From assembly GCA_038087875.1 (NCBI GenBank), contig CM075990.1, forward strand, positions 11,410,001-11,474,000: a stretch of 64,000 bases of DNA, written 5' to 3'. A program made the position numbers and the translations under genes. This document shows, piece after piece, positions 62,780-64,000 of this stretch. The notes under the pieces are model-generated. The model ran no database searches, was not told the DNA's origin, and was given only the letters and a program-made list of their open reading frames with translations. Every line of letters begins with the position of its first letter. The stretch's first letter is position 1. The stretch comes from Malacoraja senta (lineage: Eukaryota).

Positions 62780-63155
62780 ACCTCATTGAAACTTACCGAA
62801 TAATGAAAGGATTGGATGGAGTAGATGTGGCGAGGATGTTTCCACTAGTGGAAGAGTCTAGGACTAGCAGTCATAACCTCAGAATGAAAGGTCGTTCCTT
62901 TAGGAAGAATTTCTTTAGTCAGAGGGTGGTGAATCTGTGGAATTCTTTTCCACAGAGGGATGTGGAGGCCAAGTCAATGTATATTTTTAAGGCAGAGATC
63001 GATAGATTCTTGATTTGTACGGATGTCAGGGGTTATGGGGAGAAGACAGGAGAATGGGGTTAGGAGCGATAGGATAGATCAGCCATGATTGAAGGGCGGA
63101 GTAGACTTGATGGGCTGAATGGCCTCATGGCGCCTATCACTTATGGCTTTATGAC
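62780..63155 (+). mobile_element. CR1 LINE 3' end
   Basis: LIETYRIMKGLDGVDVARMFPLV..FFSQRVVNLWNS. Confidence 0.85.
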
Positions 63156-63421
63156 CAGGGTGCAATGAATTTTCCTGATCACATGAAGCTCACAGAGTGA
63201 ACTGTATACATTGTATGTTAAATACCACTGATGATCCAATTAATGATAAATAAATCAGCGGTAGTGCATAAAAGTGTTAAAAGGCAATAAGAGAGTGAGA
63301 GATTGGGGTAGAGTTAAGAGTAAGAGCACATGGGAAAGAAGTGTGAGAGTGGTAATTGGTTCAGGAGTCAGATAGGAGCAGGGTAGAAGCTGTTCTTTAG
63401 CCTGGATGTCCCATATGCCCC

Positions 63422-63609
63422 ATAGATACATGATAAGGGAATAACATTTAGTGCAAGGTAAAGCCAGCAAAGGCAGTTCAAGGATTGTCCGAGGGTCACC
63501 AAAGAGTCCTGAACTACAATCGACCTCTTTGATGACCCTCGGATTATCTTTTGTCAGACTTTGCTGGCTTTACCTTGCACTAAACGTTATTCCCTTATCA
63601 TGTATCTAT
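63422..63609. repeat. Inverted repeat (~85-bp arms, ~18-bp spacer) built from a Rex1-type 3' UTR
   Basis: 'atagatacatgataagggaataacatttagtgcaaggtaaagccagcaaag..gagggtcaccaaagag' versus its reverse complement at 63525-63609. Confidence 0.85.
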
Positions 63610-64000
63610 ACTGTAAATGGATCGACGGTGATCATGCATTTCCTTTCTGCCGGCTGGTTAGCACGCAACAAAAGCTTTTCACTGTACCTCGGTGCATGTG
63701 ACAATAACCTAAACTGAACTGAACTAGACTGAACTGAACTAAACTGATATCTTCTCCCAGATGGTAGAAGAGTGAAAAGTGAATGGCCAGGGTGGCAGGC
63801 ATCTTTGACAATACCTGCAGCCTTCTTGATTCAATGCACCATGACGATGGACTGAATGGAAGGAAATGACAAGCCTGTGATAGATTAAACATAGACATAG
63901 AAACATAGAAAGTAGGTGCGAGAGTAGACCACCAGGTCCATCGAGCCCGCACCGCCATTCGCTCATGGCTGAACACCAAACAGACACCCCTACCCACAAA

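Overview
Repeat-dense vertebrate DNA, most likely from a cartilaginous fish (skate, ray or shark). The inference rests on HE1-type tRNA/V-SINEs and HER1/CR1-type LINEs. I recognise no host protein-coding exon, so the window looks intergenic or like a large intron. The only convincing coding sequences are transposon-derived: a 5'-truncated Rex1/Babar-type reverse transcriptase ORF (20752-22548, minus), a CR1 ORF2 C-terminal half (29524-30615), several shorter CR1 3' ends, and the last codons of a Penelope-like ORF (47032-47085). Also present are PIF/Harbinger-type MITEs with TWA target duplications, two non-autonomous Helitrons, a ~1 kb TAG...CTA DNA transposon, CpG-rich non-autonomous retroposons, mini- and microsatellites and a 200-N assembly gap. 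The most interesting signal is a very abundant short repeat carrying a minimal hammerhead-ribozyme-like core (CUGAAGA - stem II - GAAAC-GUH), linked within the window to a Penelope-like 3' end. A young subfamily inserts as perfect palindromes folded at the ribozyme stem II and flanked by 13-15 bp target duplications. Several inverted duplications and a few candidate cis-regulatory clusters are also noted. All family assignments come from pattern recognition, not database searches.
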